From sequence record OZ335961.1: DNA of 64,000 nt. One strand, written 5' to 3'. Below are positions 62,487 through 64,000 of this stretch, one piece after another. The stretch's first letter is position 1, and the number at the start of each line of letters is the position of its first letter. This DNA comes from a phage. Made by a program: the position numbers and the translations under genes. The notes beneath the pieces are model-generated. The model ran no database searches, was not told where the DNA came from, and was given only the letters and a program-made list of their open reading frames with translations.

Positions 62487-63642
62487 TTAACTGATCTAGG
62501 TCAGTTTCTAAATCAGCTGCTGATTTACTTTTACTTTCTGGAGATTTAAATTTTTCAACCTTTGAGTTAATCAATTCATCAACTTCAGCTTCAACAATTT
62601 CATTACTATCAATAGCACCTAACTGATAAGCACGTTTAATAGCATCTCGGAATGGTTGATGCTTAAATAAAGGACCCCAGAATGTAGTGCAATTGGTATC
62701 TTTTGCACGCCAAGATTTTTCTTCGCGAATCATCTCGCCAGTTTCTTCGTCAAGAAATTCACGAGCATACCAGCCATTTTTAGGTTTTACCACAAATCCT
62801 AATTCAAGAGCCATATCTAACAATCCAGAATAAGGATCGATGCCACCGTCAAATTTAACATCAATAAAGAATTTACTTTTTTCTTTAACTGTACGAGATT
62901 TTTCTACATTTAAAACAAATTGATACCCCTGAAGATCGGAACCATCTTTAATCTGGCGCTTACCGATAATGAATACAGTATCAGCCGAATACATTACGCC
63001 TGTACCACCTGTCATCACGGTTTTACTAAACATTTCAATTGTTTCAATTGTATGGTTAACCGCAACACATGGAATGTTTTTAATACTAAAATAAGGAGTA
63101 ACAATACGGAATAATGACTTCAGTGATTTAGCACGAGTCATATCTGCCACAGATTTTTCATTCAAGGCATCTTCCGTTTCTTTCTTAGAAGCCATATTAC
63201 CGATTGAGTCGATGAATACAATAACTTTTTCACCACGCTCAATAGCTTCAAGCTGATTCACCATATCAATTTTCAGCTGTTCAACTGACTGGATTGGTGT
63301 ATGAATTACTCGTTCCGGGTCAACTCCCATGGATCGCAAATAAGCTGGAGTAATACCAAATTCGCTATCATAGAATAGACATACCGCGTCAGGATATTTG
63401 TTCAAATACGCCGCAACCATAGTCAAAGACATATTTGATTTAAAGTGTTTAGAAGGACCTGCAAAAATGGTTAAACCAGACTGCATACCACCATCAATCG
63501 CACCAGAAATAGCGATATTAAGCATTGGGATTTTTGTACGAATTACATCCTTTTCATTAAAGAATTTAGATGTAGTCAGTTCAGCAGTCATTTTAGAAGT
63601 GGAAGCTTTAATCAAACGGGATTTTAAATCTGCAATAGACAT
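62461..63642 (-). CDS. uvsX: UvsX recombinase (RecA family)
   Basis: ~391 aa; Walker A GPSKHFKS; acidic C-terminus DLETDLDQLSDMEEFNE; matches recalled T4 UvsX. Confidence 0.9.
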   Translation of the reverse strand: MSIADLKSRLIKASTSKMTAELTTSKFFNEKDVIRTKIPMLNIAISGAIDGGMQSGLTIFAGPSKHFKSNMSLTMVAAYLNKYPDAVCLFYDSEFGITPAYLRSMGVDPERVIHTPIQSVEQLKIDMVNQLEAIERGEKVIVFIDSIGNMASKKETEDALNEKSVADMTRAKSLKSLFRIVTPYFSIKNIPCVAVNHTIETIEMFSKTVMTGGTGVMYSADTVFIIGKRQIKDGSDLQGYQFVLNVEKSRTVKEKSKFFIDVKFDGGIDPYSGLLDMALELGFVVKPKNGWYAREFLDEETGEMIREEKSWRAKDTNCTTFWGPLFKHQPFRDAIKRAYQLGAIDSNEIVEAEVDELINSKVEKFKSPESKSKSAADLETDLDQLSDMEEFNE

Positions 63643-63719
63643 TCATTTTTTCCATAGGCATCATTATATTTTCCTCACTGGTTAAAGATAGAGTAATTAT
63701 AACACAATAAATTTAGGCA

Positions 63720-64000
63720 TTAATCAACTGCTATTGGATGAATAGCATTAAACTTATGAAATGCTTCTGATTTTTCTTTGCGCGAAACACACATACGAAG
63801 AACTTTTAATGGCTCGTCTTCTTCACCCAACGATTTTCTCTTTTCAATATTCGATGTTTTCCAACGAGCTTGCTCTGGAAACTCTCTATTGATTTGCTCA
63901 AGAGCTCTATTATGTTTTGAATTACTACGAATTGAACTACATCCGCCAGGAGCTTGCGCTTTTCCGGATACAACCAGATATTTGAACAAGGCCAAATGTG
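63720..64000 (-). CDS. C-terminal part of an upstream gene (5' end likely outside window)
   Basis: Open reading frame runs to the window edge; internal ATG at 63995 may not be the true start. Confidence 0.35.
   Translation of the reverse strand, partial: HLALFKYLVVSGKAQAPGGCSSIRSNSKHNRALEQINREFPEQARWKTSNIEKRKSLGEEDEPLKVLRMCVSRKEKSEAFHKFNAIHPIAVD

Overview
This window reads as a ~64 kb segment of a T4-like (T-even, Tequatrovirus-type) myovirus genome, densely coding throughout. All gene names are assigned from recalled T4 protein sequences, sizes, motifs and gene order; no database search was run. Layout: (1) 1-22.2 kb, minus-strand early/middle genes: 30.x-type ORFs, rIII, 31, cd, pseT, spanin pair, alc, rnlA, denA, nrdB, an HNH homing endonuclease, nrdA, td, frd, 32, 59, 33, dsbA, rnh. 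(2) 22.3-32.5 kb, plus-strand late long-tail-fibre cassette 34-35-36-37-38 followed by holin t. (3) 32.5-64 kb, minus-strand early genes: asiA, arn, motA, 52, ndd, denB, rIIB, rIIA, 39, dexA, dda, modA/modB, soc, 56, a second HNH endonuclease, 61, sp, dmd, 41, 40, uvsX. Compared with T4 as I recall it, td and nrdB are uninterrupted (no group I introns), the topoisomerase large subunit is a single 606-aa ORF (no gene 39/60 split), and gp38 is a glycine-rich T2-type adhesin. No tRNA, rRNA, CRISPR array or integrase was seen. I did not find a clearly novel multi-gene system; the most noteworthy candidates are the HNH insertion and opposite-strand small ORF at the gene 56/primase junction, the NADAR/HAD pair at the window start, and a non-coding island at 2.55-2.95 kb. 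ORF-track N-termini appear to use alternative start codons, so several starts were trimmed to an internal ATG with an SD. Hand-derived coordinates (promoters, hairpins, small ORFs) are approximate to a few bp, because my manual position counts disagreed with the ORF track by 1 nt in places.
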